Positions 9,815 through 19,800 of a stretch of 64,000 nucleotides of DNA are shown piece by piece (positions within the stretch are counted from its first letter, which is position 1; each line of letters starts with the position of its first letter). The stretch comes from an uncultured virus (IMG/VR IMGVR_UViG_3300044641_005543) (taxonomy: Duplodnaviria > Heunggongvirae > Uroviricota > Caudoviricetes). Under the pieces are notes generated by a model, which was given only the letters and a program-made list of their open reading frames with translations, made no database searches and had not been told where the DNA came from. Where the stretch lies: IMG/VR virus record IMGVR_UViG_3300044641_005543, one strand, 5' to 3'. Made by a program: the position numbers and the translations under genes.

Positions 9815-10312
9815 TTATTTTGCTCCTTGTGAACAAGCCCACGCCAATGCTTTAAAACCCTCAGCAGCCTGAATGCGGGATTCTCTATTTAATGCTACAC
9901 TATCATCGCCAATAGCCTCAACTATTACAGCCTTACAAGCTTCTGCTAATTTAGGATATTTATTTTTAATATCCAGTTTGAGCATAGTTCCCGCTAATTT
10001 GTTGGCTTGTCTAATTTCTTCTGTATTTTTAATAACCTCATCATCACCATCTAAGGTTACAAGAGTTGCTAAATCTACATATAAACTAGATAATCTTTTA
10101 CCATCAGTTTTACGATCAGGATCACCGTCTTTTAAAACCCTAACAACCTCATCAGCTTTAGCTTTTAAGCCTTCTCTAACCGGTGCAGATAATTCTGCAA
10201 TATCAACAACAACAGGTTGTGGACGATCTACCAATGATCCAAGATCAGGTTTGAATAATCCAATTCCTATTAGTATAAAAGCTAATGCTAATAATAATGT
10301 TTTAGTATTCAT
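9815..10312 (-). CDS. hypothetical secreted or membrane-anchored protein
   Basis: N-terminal hydrophobic helix LLLALAFILIGIGLF. Confidence 0.6.
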   Translation of the reverse strand: MNTKTLLLALAFILIGIGLFKPDLGSLVDRPQPVVVDIAELSAPVREGLKAKADEVVRVLKDGDPDRKTDGKRLSSLYVDLATLVTLDGDDEVIKNTEEIRQANKLAGTMLKLDIKNKYPKLAEACKAVIVEAIGDDSVALNRESRIQAAEGFKALAWACSQGAK

Positions 10313-10686
10313 GTTGACTCCTTATCTCCACAAACAACAGGACTTAAAAATGGAAACATTTGATCAGCAACTTCAACCGCTTTGTCGCAGCCACATTCAG
10401 ACGCTAAATCTCGTGTTTGTTTCCAACTTACAATGAGCTTAAAAAATATATCCTCTTTAGTTGTAACTACAGGTTTGACTGATGGAACAACTACAGCAAC
10501 AGGAGTTACAGGTTTTAATGGAGATACATTCTTAAATTTTTCTACTAATCCGCCTAGAAATGTTTGAACAGGGCTTAGTTTATCCTTAAATAATACCCAT
10601 AGTATTAAACCAACACCGGCATACAGGGCCAAATCCATTGGTCCAACCTTGCTAGCAAACTCTTCAAAAGTTTCTGTGTAATTCAT
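10309..10686 (-). CDS. hypothetical membrane protein
   Basis: TM segment LALYAGVGLILWVLF, then a Pro/Val-rich linker. Confidence 0.6.
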   Translation of the reverse strand: MNYTETFEEFASKVGPMDLALYAGVGLILWVLFKDKLSPVQTFLGGLVEKFKNVSPLKPVTPVAVVVPSVKPVVTTKEDIFFKLIVSWKQTRDLASECGCDKAVEVADQMFPFLSPVVCGDKEST

Positions 10687-11069
10687 AGTCCAGCCTCTCT
10701 TTTAATAAAAACCCCAGTATTTCTAAAAATTGTAACAGTAGCATCAATAGTAGCGCCCACCATAATCATGAGGATATTTTTGATGTACTTATGTATAATA
10801 GGCTCAACAAGATTAGGAACAAATGGAACATCTACCACTAAAAATACCTTATCGTAAAAACTATTTAATAGTTCTAATGCTATGGCCTTTTTATCTGGAC
10901 CACTCAAATCATTAGCTACTTTTTCTATAATTTGAACTAAACTTGCCGTGGCCAATTGTAATAGTTTCCACGCTTCACCAATCGCTATATTTTTAATGCC
11001 TGATATTGAATTTTTTGTTTCTTCTGTAATCTTATTAAATTCTACTAAAATTAATTCTTTCGGTGTCAT
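10683..11069 (-). CDS. hypothetical protein
   Basis: 128-aa helical operonic ORF. Confidence 0.6.
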   Translation of the reverse strand: MTPKELILVEFNKITEETKNSISGIKNIAIGEAWKLLQLATASLVQIIEKVANDLSGPDKKAIALELLNSFYDKVFLVVDVPFVPNLVEPIIHKYIKNILMIMVGATIDATVTIFRNTGVFIKREAGL

Positions 11070-13831
11070 ACAATAGTTTCTCCAGTATTGATATTTATAG
11101 TACCAAGATTTTTAGGTATTGGTAAATTTGTTTCTTTGCACATACAGTTCATACGCATTCTAGATTGAGTATGATCAACATCATAAATTCTCGTACTATT
11201 GACCTCTGGATCGCCTTCACTAGCACCAGGATTAATTTCTGTGTATCCTAAATCTACTAAATGTTTTAATGTTAATCTGCTTAAAACTCGTTTCTCATTT
11301 GGCTCTGGAGCGTATCCAATCATCAATTCGTCCCAAACTCCATAATAAAATGGTTCTGTAGATTGTTGTAATCTCAATCCATCTTCCCAATGACTATCAA
11401 CAGTAGTTATATTGCCCTGAGCGGCTCCTCTATTTTCGAGAGGTGTTTTTGTTCTTGATAATCCAGTTATACTATTATAAGCGGTTTGTGTTTGTGAATA
11501 TGCTGTACCATTTAATAAGTGATTAATTGGTCGAACACCACCAGATAGAGTGCTATATTCATAATTCCAATAAACTCCCAGCCCTAATGCATGACACAAC
11601 TCGTGCGCAAAAATATCTACCCAATTTGAATGATTATATCTATTTTGATAAAAGGTATTTACTCCCATAACATAAGAAATTGTATTGGCTTTTACCCCTG
11701 GCAATCCATAAACCTGAGCAAATGAGTCGATGCCAGCATATGCAACGAATGGACCATCTTCTTCATAATGAAAATCAATATAAATTGGAAAAGCTCCACT
11801 CCATTCAGCACCATAAAAATTACGTATAGCCTGTACAACAGTATCATCATATTTAATGTATTTAGATAATCTATTAGTAGCTTCTAATATATATTCTTTC
11901 CATGGAGATATGGCTGTTATATTATTATAGTCTGCATGAAATTGTAATATTTCATCTAATTGACTATTATCAAATAATATTGGAGGAGTTTTAGGCGTGA
12001 CAACATTACTATTATCAGAATATGGGCCAGTTCCAACAGAATTAATAGCAGCAACCTTAAATATATAAGATGTGTTATTAGTTAAATTATCTACTATATA
12101 ACTAATTTTATCACTATTTATAGTAGCAACATCTGTCCAAATTGATCCACTATTTGTCGATTTTTGAATTTTATATGAAATAATTGTTGAGCCACCATTG
12201 TCTGATGGTTGTTTCCAATTTAATACAGCCTTGGAATCTAATGGTTCAGCTTTAAGATTAGTTGGTTTTTGCGGCACTGTTGGCTGAGGAGTAACGCTAG
12301 AACTTGCAGAACTATATGGGCTGCTACCAATAAGATTTGTGGCTGATACTCTAAATTTATATGAGGTTCCATTTGTAAGTCCTGTTATTAATACGCTATT
12401 TGATGCCACTGCTGATCCATTATTTGATAATGACCATGAAGCGCCATTATTTGATGATTGCTGTATTGTATAATTTAATATGGGTAATCCACCAGTATTA
12501 ACTGGAGCATCCCATGATAATAATACTGATTTATTTTTCGATACACCCTGCACATTAGATGGAGCATCTGGTGGTGGTGAACCAGGAACAACAGGGATAG
12601 AATTATCGCTATATGAACTAGTGCCAATATTATTCACTGCTGCTACTCTAAAAACATATGATTGTCCAACTGTGAGATTTTCTACTGTCATTGAAGTATT
12701 TGATGTAATTGAAGCATAAGTAATCCAATTACTTCCATCATTATATTGAATTAAATAATATAATATTGGAATATTTAATCCTCCGGTATTTGTTGGTGCT
12801 GTCCATGATATGGAAACTGAACTATTACCCAAACCAGTTATTTGCATATTTGTTGGACTGCCGGGAACACTTGTTGGTCTAATAATAATTTTATTACTCC
12901 AAACACTACTACCATCTGGTATATTATATTTTTCACTACCAAATACATTGAATGCTCTTATTGTTAATGCATAATATAATCCGTTAGTTAAATTAGAAAC
13001 TGTAAAACTATTAATATTATTAGTATTATTAAATCTTCTTCTAGATAGTTCAAAAGGAGTAATGTTTTGAGGTGTTGGTATATATTTTTGTGCTTCTGCT
13101 AGTGTTTTAAATCCAGCACATCTAATAGCATACTCAACTATATTTTTTCCACCATTATTGGTTGGAGGTGTCCAATTAACTAAAGCGGCACCACCGCCAC
13201 TAGCAGGACTACCAACAAAAGATGTTGGTGGTGATGGTGGAGCAAATACTAACACAGAAATAGGAGAGGTTGTTGGACTCCAGCCGTTTTGGTTTTTTGC
13301 TGAGATTCTGCATAAATACGTTGTACCATTTGATAATCCTGATATAGTATAACTAAATATATTAGAAGATATACCTGTTATTGGTGTCCATGAACTGCCA
13401 CTATTGCTAGAATATTCAATTTTATATTCACTAATTGGTGTGGCTCCAATATTGGTAGGAGATTTCCAATTAACTAAAATACTATTGATATTATTTAAAG
13501 CGGTTACATTTACTGGTACTGATGGAGTTACAGTTAATGGTTTTACCGGAGATGTTTGTGGGCTGTATGGACCAATACCAAAAGTATTCGTTACAGCTAT
13601 TCTAAATATATAAAATAGATTGGGATTTAATGATGATATTGTGGTTGTTGTTACTGTGCCATTTATTCTTCCTGGTGGTGTGGGGAACGTTGTCCATGAT
13701 GAGCCACTATTTGTACTATATTGTATTGTGAAAAAACTTCTACTAGGAACACCAGGAAGCTTATTCCATCTTAAAACTATAGATAAGATTTTGGGAGTAA
13801 CAGAGGTAATAACTGTTGACTGTGTGCTCAT
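11066..13831 (-). CDS. six FN3 domains plus C-terminal zinc metalloprotease (leishmanolysin/M8-like)
   Basis: repeats of W..P...GG.PI..Y.I and L.NG..Y.FR..A.N..G; HELCHALG, distal SHWE, ELMIG Met-turn. Confidence 0.85.
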   Translation of the reverse strand: MSTQSTVITSVTPKILSIVLRWNKLPGVPSRSFFTIQYSTNSGSSWTTFPTPPGRINGTVTTTTISSLNPNLFYIFRIAVTNTFGIGPYSPQTSPVKPLTVTPSVPVNVTALNNINSILVNWKSPTNIGATPISEYKIEYSSNSGSSWTPITGISSNIFSYTISGLSNGTTYLCRISAKNQNGWSPTTSPISVLVFAPPSPPTSFVGSPASGGGAALVNWTPPTNNGGKNIVEYAIRCAGFKTLAEAQKYIPTPQNITPFELSRRRFNNTNNINSFTVSNLTNGLYYALTIRAFNVFGSEKYNIPDGSSVWSNKIIIRPTSVPGSPTNMQITGLGNSSVSISWTAPTNTGGLNIPILYYLIQYNDGSNWITYASITSNTSMTVENLTVGQSYVFRVAAVNNIGTSSYSDNSIPVVPGSPPPDAPSNVQGVSKNKSVLLSWDAPVNTGGLPILNYTIQQSSNNGASWSLSNNGSAVASNSVLITGLTNGTSYKFRVSATNLIGSSPYSSASSSVTPQPTVPQKPTNLKAEPLDSKAVLNWKQPSDNGGSTIISYKIQKSTNSGSIWTDVATINSDKISYIVDNLTNNTSYIFKVAAINSVGTGPYSDNSNVVTPKTPPILFDNSQLDEILQFHADYNNITAISPWKEYILEATNRLSKYIKYDDTVVQAIRNFYGAEWSGAFPIYIDFHYEEDGPFVAYAGIDSFAQVYGLPGVKANTISYVMGVNTFYQNRYNHSNWVDIFAHELCHALGLGVYWNYEYSTLSGGVRPINHLLNGTAYSQTQTAYNSITGLSRTKTPLENRGAAQGNITTVDSHWEDGLRLQQSTEPFYYGVWDELMIGYAPEPNEKRVLSRLTLKHLVDLGYTEINPGASEGDPEVNSTRIYDVDHTQSRMRMNCMCKETNLPIPKNLGTININTGETIV

Positions 13832-14136
13832 TTTTTAATATTCTTTCTTTTGGTGGTTGTAGTTTTCTTTTTTGTTGTTACTGGTTTAATATTATTTTCT
13901 TTATTATCTGTATTGATATATATTTTTTTAATTTCTGTTCTGCCTTTTATATATCTAAATAATACACTTAATTGTCCAATAATTAGTATCAAAGCCTCAA
14001 GACCTCTACTAGTTTCTTGAATAAGATCTTCTTTTTGAGAATGATCATTTAATATGCCTAATAAATATAATCCACTAAATAAGAAACTTACTAATGTAAA
14101 CCAGAATTCACTAGTCTTGTATCCTGGTTTTATCAT
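13828..14136 (-). CDS. holin-like small membrane protein
   Basis: KPGYKTSEFW start, two TM helices, highly basic C-terminal tail. Confidence 0.55.
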   Translation of the reverse strand: MIKPGYKTSEFWFTLVSFLFSGLYLLGILNDHSQKEDLIQETSRGLEALILIIGQLSVLFRYIKGRTEIKKIYINTDNKENNIKPVTTKKKTTTTKRKNIKK

Positions 14137-14348
14137 CAGACATCACCACCATCTACGCCTGAGCTACCGTAGTAATAACTAGGATCATCAAATCTATTAT
14201 CGTATTTAGATTCTATATCAGCAATGACAGGAGTATTTTTTACATAAGTATTTAGAACAGAATATTTACCGGTATTAGAGCATGTAACAATGGCTGTGCC
14301 ATTTTTTAATAGATTTTCTGAAATTGCTTTAGTAATATCATTAGCCAT
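14136..14348 (-). CDS. hypothetical protein
   Basis: 70-aa ORF with upstream AAGG SD. Confidence 0.5.
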   Translation of the reverse strand: MANDITKAISENLLKNGTAIVTCSNTGKYSVLNTYVKNTPVIADIESKYDNRFDDPSYYYGSSGVDGGDV

Positions 14349-14381
14349 AATATTTTCCTTATTTTAGAAGATATTTAATAT

Positions 14382-14708
14382 TTAGTTTATTGTGACAGTA
14401 CCGTCTTGATTCATAGTAAAATTACCGATTACTGAATTGCCTTCGGCTATTGCTTCTGGTTTTACTGTTGCCAAGAGTTGACCTAGTTTGTAATGTAACT
14501 CAAAAACCTCTTTAGCATCAGTTCCTAATTCAGCAGCAATTTGTTCTGGAGTTGCACCAGTACCGTTTTGCCAAAATGTGTTTGATCCACGATTAAATGC
14601 GTTGACCATTTGTTGATATGTTTGTCTTGTGGTTTGAATTAGTCTATTAGCGGCCAACTTTGCTGGCGACATTGGGGCTGGAACATTATTTTGATCTAAT
14701 ATACTCAT
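14382..14708 (-). CDS. hypothetical protein (tail-fibre-associated by position)
   Basis: 108-aa ORF downstream of the fibre genes. Confidence 0.55.
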   Translation of the reverse strand: MSILDQNNVPAPMSPAKLAANRLIQTTRQTYQQMVNAFNRGSNTFWQNGTGATPEQIAAELGTDAKEVFELHYKLGQLLATVKPEAIAEGNSVIGNFTMNQDGTVTIN

Positions 14709-14709
14709 T

Positions 14710-15510
14710 TTAATTTCTCCATATTTCTAGATTTTTGTACTTATCACTCAAAAATTTACCAAGAGTTTTTTCACTATCATGAGGTACAGGATTTACTATT
14801 GGGCGAATAGAGTGTAGATTGGGAATTCTATGAACACCTTCATCGTCCTCTTTAGTATACTGTTCAACATTATTAAAATTGTGATTAAAGTAAGGCAATT
14901 CTAAATAATCATACACCAACTTCATAGTTTGTGCTGGCGTTGATGTTAATGCGTCAAATTCCAAAAAAAATAACTTATTCTTATAACCACGACTTATAGC
15001 ATCTTTGACTCTGTTGTAGGCTAATCCTACTGGCTGACTTTGATTTGACCATATTTCACACCGACCTTCCACAGTTTGAGCTTTAAAATAATCACTTTGT
15101 TCAAAATTCCATTGAGAAAATCCTGTGCTTTTTCTCCATAATTTTTCAAAACTACTTAATATTTCATTTAAATTACGTACCGGAACAATAATTTTAGGAG
15201 TATATCCCAAAATAAATTCCATCATTTCTATTAAGCTTAACCAGCCCCTGCCCTTATCTATTAACAAGTTTTTATCTGTAGTATGATAATTATTAAGAAC
15301 AGATGTTAGTACTCTTTTTAATTGATCGTAATCCACACCTTCTGCTTGATGTTCAATTAAACGATCCCACTGATTGCGTATATTAAATAAAATGTCGTGG
15401 CATCCGCTTGTAGCTTTGCTAACAAACAAATTATCATTTTGAGCCAATATGTTGCAAAGTAGTGTGCTTCCTGATCGTGGAAGTCCGCTAATAAAAAAGA
15501 AATTTTTCAT
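14710..15510 (-). CDS. sulfotransferase
   Basis: PAPS-binding SGLPRSGSTLL; 3'-PB motif VPVRNLNEILSS. Confidence 0.85.
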   Translation of the reverse strand: MKNFFFISGLPRSGSTLLCNILAQNDNLFVSKATSGCHDILFNIRNQWDRLIEHQAEGVDYDQLKRVLTSVLNNYHTTDKNLLIDKGRGWLSLIEMMEFILGYTPKIIVPVRNLNEILSSFEKLWRKSTGFSQWNFEQSDYFKAQTVEGRCEIWSNQSQPVGLAYNRVKDAISRGYKNKLFFLEFDALTSTPAQTMKLVYDYLELPYFNHNFNNVEQYTKEDDEGVHRIPNLHSIRPIVNPVPHDSEKTLGKFLSDKYKNLEIWRN

Positions 15511-15549
15511 AATATTCTCCTATGACTATACTATATTATAGCCAAGCGA

Positions 15550-16776
15550 TCAACCATACGCAATTTCTACACCATCAACATGAGCAACCCAGCGAATAGT
15601 TTCACCAGTTTGCCCGATCACATTAATTTGAAGAGCATCATTTGTATCATCGGCTGTTATTGATACATCATAAGAAGCGTCATCTTCAACATCTGTGCCT
15701 AATATACTAACTGTTCCTATAAGGCTTGTGGTTCCGCTTATGTTTTTAATTGCTACTTTACGAATATAATGAATGGCTTTGCTACCACCATTAATAATAC
15801 CAGCAATAGAAACTGTAGCAAATAAAGCCTTGCCAGACGGAATAGTTAATCTTATACTGTTACTATCAAGAAAGAGTTCTGTTGGTGTGTCATCTGACGT
15901 AATTTGACGTAGAATAAAATTTACTCTTTGTGCATCACCGTCAGATGCAAAACTTCCGGCGGAATATGCTTGCATTCCGTACCTGTCGGCTTTAGCCTGT
16001 AACCCGCCGCTTATGGTGCTGCCGATGGCGCTAGCATTGTTGTTATTGCCGCCACTCACAGTGCTGTAGTACGCGCTGGCGGTATTACTGCCGCCGCCAC
16101 CAATCGCAGAAAGGGGGCCACTGGCCGTGTTGCTGTTACCGCCGCAAATGCTGGCATAAAAATTTGTGGCGCTGTTGTAATTTCCGCCACCAATAGTGGC
16201 ATACAAAGCACTGGCGGTGTTATGCGAACCGCCGCCAACAAAACCTTCGTTTTCCGCCGTGTTGTAACGACCGCCGCATACAACGGAATAAGGAGCGATA
16301 GCGGTGTTGTTTTGACCGCCGCCGATAAACGCGTAGTCGCTCCCGATAGGAATTGAATTGTAAGATCCGGCGCTAATTCCGGCGTATGTGCTTTCAACAG
16401 TGTTCTGATAGCCGCCGCCGATAAACGAGTAGTCGCTGAACTGAGCGTTGTTATTTTTACCACCTCCAACCACAGCATACGAACCGCTAACCGTATTGTT
16501 GTCTCCACCACCAACAACGCTACTGCCAGCGTTAACACCTACACTATTGCCGCCATTAGTTGGTAAAATATTAAAATTTTCGTCAAGTATATATGGAAAT
16601 GCTGGAAATAGTCCGCTAACACTACTATTAAAATCTGTTATATTTGAACTGGTATGAGTATGTCCACTAACGCTAACAAATACATTATTTAATGTTAAGC
16701 CTGTTGTAAAATTACCACTAGAGGCAATAAGATTGCCGCTTGTTGTAACATCATTATTACTATAATTAATTGCCAT
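15550..16776 (-). CDS. tail-fibre/adhesin-like protein with GGG-N repeats
   Basis: repeated (I/V)GGG..N.A units; C-terminal GDAQ...IRWVA domain shared with the adjacent fibre. Confidence 0.7.
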   Translation of the reverse strand: MAINYSNNDVTTSGNLIASSGNFTTGLTLNNVFVSVSGHTHTSSNITDFNSSVSGLFPAFPYILDENFNILPTNGGNSVGVNAGSSVVGGGDNNTVSGSYAVVGGGKNNNAQFSDYSFIGGGYQNTVESTYAGISAGSYNSIPIGSDYAFIGGGQNNTAIAPYSVVCGGRYNTAENEGFVGGGSHNTASALYATIGGGNYNSATNFYASICGGNSNTASGPLSAIGGGGSNTASAYYSTVSGGNNNNASAIGSTISGGLQAKADRYGMQAYSAGSFASDGDAQRVNFILRQITSDDTPTELFLDSNSIRLTIPSGKALFATVSIAGIINGGSKAIHYIRKVAIKNISGTTSLIGTVSILGTDVEDDASYDVSITADDTNDALQINVIGQTGETIRWVAHVDGVEIAYG

Positions 16777-16811
16777 TTAACTTCCCCCCATGTTTATAAT
16801 AATTAATAAGA

Positions 16812-19800
16812 TTATGGACTACCAGTACTAACCTGACTAATATCAATTACTGCCACCCAACGTATAGTTTTGCCACTTATTCCAGTAACATTTATGTCGA
16901 GTGTTTCAGTGGTATCATTAGCAACAACTGTTATATTTGCTGAACTAAGAGAGCTTTCCGCAAAACTTTCAGTAATTAACCCACCAATTAATGATGTTTG
17001 AGCCGATGCATTTCTTCTTATTCCTCCTCTGAATATCCACCACCCTCCCTCGTTATCAGTATCATTATATGCGCTGACTTTAATTTCGAATGTCCATGTT
17101 GTTTTGGGTGGAACCGTTATTGGTCTTAATGAGCCATCAAGATATAGTAACGCCGGTGTATTTGTATTAGTGCTTCTACGAGCCACTAAAATCATATGTT
17201 GTGCATCTCCGTTAGCAGCAAATTTGCCAGCGGCGTGACATAATGCTCCATAATGACTAGTTTTGCCATTAAAACCTCCGGGTATAGTAGCATAATTACT
17301 ATTATAGGATTCATTTTGATATCCTCCGCCTATAGTATTGTGTGATGCATACCAGTGTATGTAATTGCTTTGTCCACCACCAATCGAACTGTATGGAGAA
17401 TAATCTTCTACTATATTCGAACTACCTCCAGCTATAGTATTGGCGCTGGAATTAGCGCTATTTTGTTCACCACCACCAATAACAGTGTATGTTCCCCCAG
17501 CATAATTATTAATGCCACCAACTACCACATTATAATTACTTGTAGTCTCATTATCATCACCACCACCAATAAATGAATAGGATCCATCTGATATGTTATT
17601 TGCTCCGCCACAAATTACACTATAGTCTCCTTTAGCAACCATGGTTCCTGTTGATCGTACAGTTTGCCAATCATTAGCATATTCACCCCTAACATTTCCA
17701 CCGCTATCTCTCTGTATGGATCCTATACCAGAAGGTTGAATAATTATATTTCCATTAGAATTTTGACTACTAATAGTATTACCGTCTAACCTCAAATTAT
17801 CGATATCAATAATTCCACTAACCGCTAGTATAGTTCCGTCAAATGTTAAATTGGTTTCGGCATTAATTTCATTAGATGTTCCAGTACTAGTCAACACCCG
17901 ATTATCTGTATAATTTGTTATTATTATTCCGCCACTAGATGCTATGGTATAGATTCCACTATTTGTAGATACTAATATCCCACTACCAGAAACAATATCT
18001 TTAACTGGTAATAAACCACTAACAGAATTACTAAAATCTGTAATATCGGCAGAAATGTGGTTATGGATAGAGTTAGCATAACTTCCGCTGGGTTGTAGAC
18101 CAGTAACACTTATCGTATAGATATTATTAACGAATGATGTTGTGACATATCCACTACCACTAATACTAGGTAACAGACCACTAACACTACTATTGAAGTC
18201 AGTAATATTACTACTAGTATGAGTATGTCCATTTAGACTAACACCAGTACCATTAACATTTAATGATGTAAAACTACCACTAGCAGCACTTAATAATCCA
18301 CTGCTAATTGTTAAACCATTAGTAAAAGTATGAACAGCATCAATAGAACGAGCCTCATTGATATGAATATATTGATAGTGGTCATCATCACCTAATCCGA
18401 ATAAGTTGCCGTGATCATTTTGACTAACACCATAAGTTGCCGTAATAATACTTTTGCGTAAATCTAAGATACTTTGTAAACTACTCTTGGGAGTATTGGT
18501 AAATGTATCATTAGTAACAAAGATTAATCTGTATAATGGTCTTAATTCATTTGTTGGAATATTTGTGAGATTAATATCACTCCAATTATTATTATTCTCA
18601 GCGGACTGTAAGCTACTATCTTCTCGTTGACCCATAATAGCTAATATAGGATCATTAATATCATTAGTACCAACAATCCACATGGCAAAGTATCTATTAT
18701 TAGTAACATTTGGTGTTGTCCATGTTCCACCAGAATATAAATTATACAATGCTCTAGTACCATTATATTTTAATGGATATGTTGTCGCGACATCTCTCAC
18801 CCACTGTCCAGTAGATCCAAGATGATAATAAACTGGAATATAAGCTATTGGATTTAGCTGTTGAATAAATGCTCCAGCGCCTGTTCCATTGGTGATATTA
18901 ATAATAATATCTTCTTGATAAAGAGTACCATCACTAATATCAATTTGAGCATGGCTGTTAGAGCTTCCATTGCCAAGAAGAGTATATCCACCAATACTTA
19001 ATCCGTCAATATATTGCATACCGAAAGTGTTATGTATCCACTTATGGGTGCTACTATCCATTCGTATGCCGTGACGCTCTTCACCAAAGAATGTGCTTTG
19101 ATTAATGTCGCTATTCCAATGAATATAGGCGATTGGAACGTCGGTATCAAAATTAAAGCCTGTGGTTTTATTGCTTAACAATCCAGTACTAGTATCAAAA
19201 TGAAGATAATTTAGTGCTGTGCCGCTTCCTATAACAATGCTTTCACCCAATGTTTTGGTAACTTTAACGCCTTCAATATAAATATCATAACTAGAACCCG
19301 TAGGAGCAATTGTAAATGTTCTTGAAGAATCATCAAAAGTTATAACACTATCAACTCTATTAACAAATCCTTGAGGTTCTAAACTAAGCTCATTAATTTG
19401 AGTATGAAGATTATCTAATGTTAAGGTGTTAGCGGCGTCATTATAGGTTAATTGAACACCTGTTCCGGCCACTAAAAAACCACTACCCAAATTATCTTGA
19501 ATAGTTTCTAGAATTACACCACTAACATCAGCATTAATGGTATAAACACCACTAGTTGATGATACGGCTATTCCGCTACCAGCAATTATATCCTTAACTG
19601 GCAGTAGTCCACTAACACTACTATTAAAATCTGTAATATCTGTACTAACATGAACGTGTTCACTAGGATAACGACTAAGTTCAACGTATGGACCAATTAA
19701 ATTATACACTCTAACATGGCCACTATCATAATCAGTATTACCATCATTGAAAATAGCTCCTATAGCTAAAATATTACCATCGCTATTTAAGCTGACGCTG

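Noticed and set aside
16056..16538. 160-aa alternative-frame ORF in the small fibre gene
   Set aside because: Explained by the GC-rich repeat patch lacking stop codons; the product is low-complexity.
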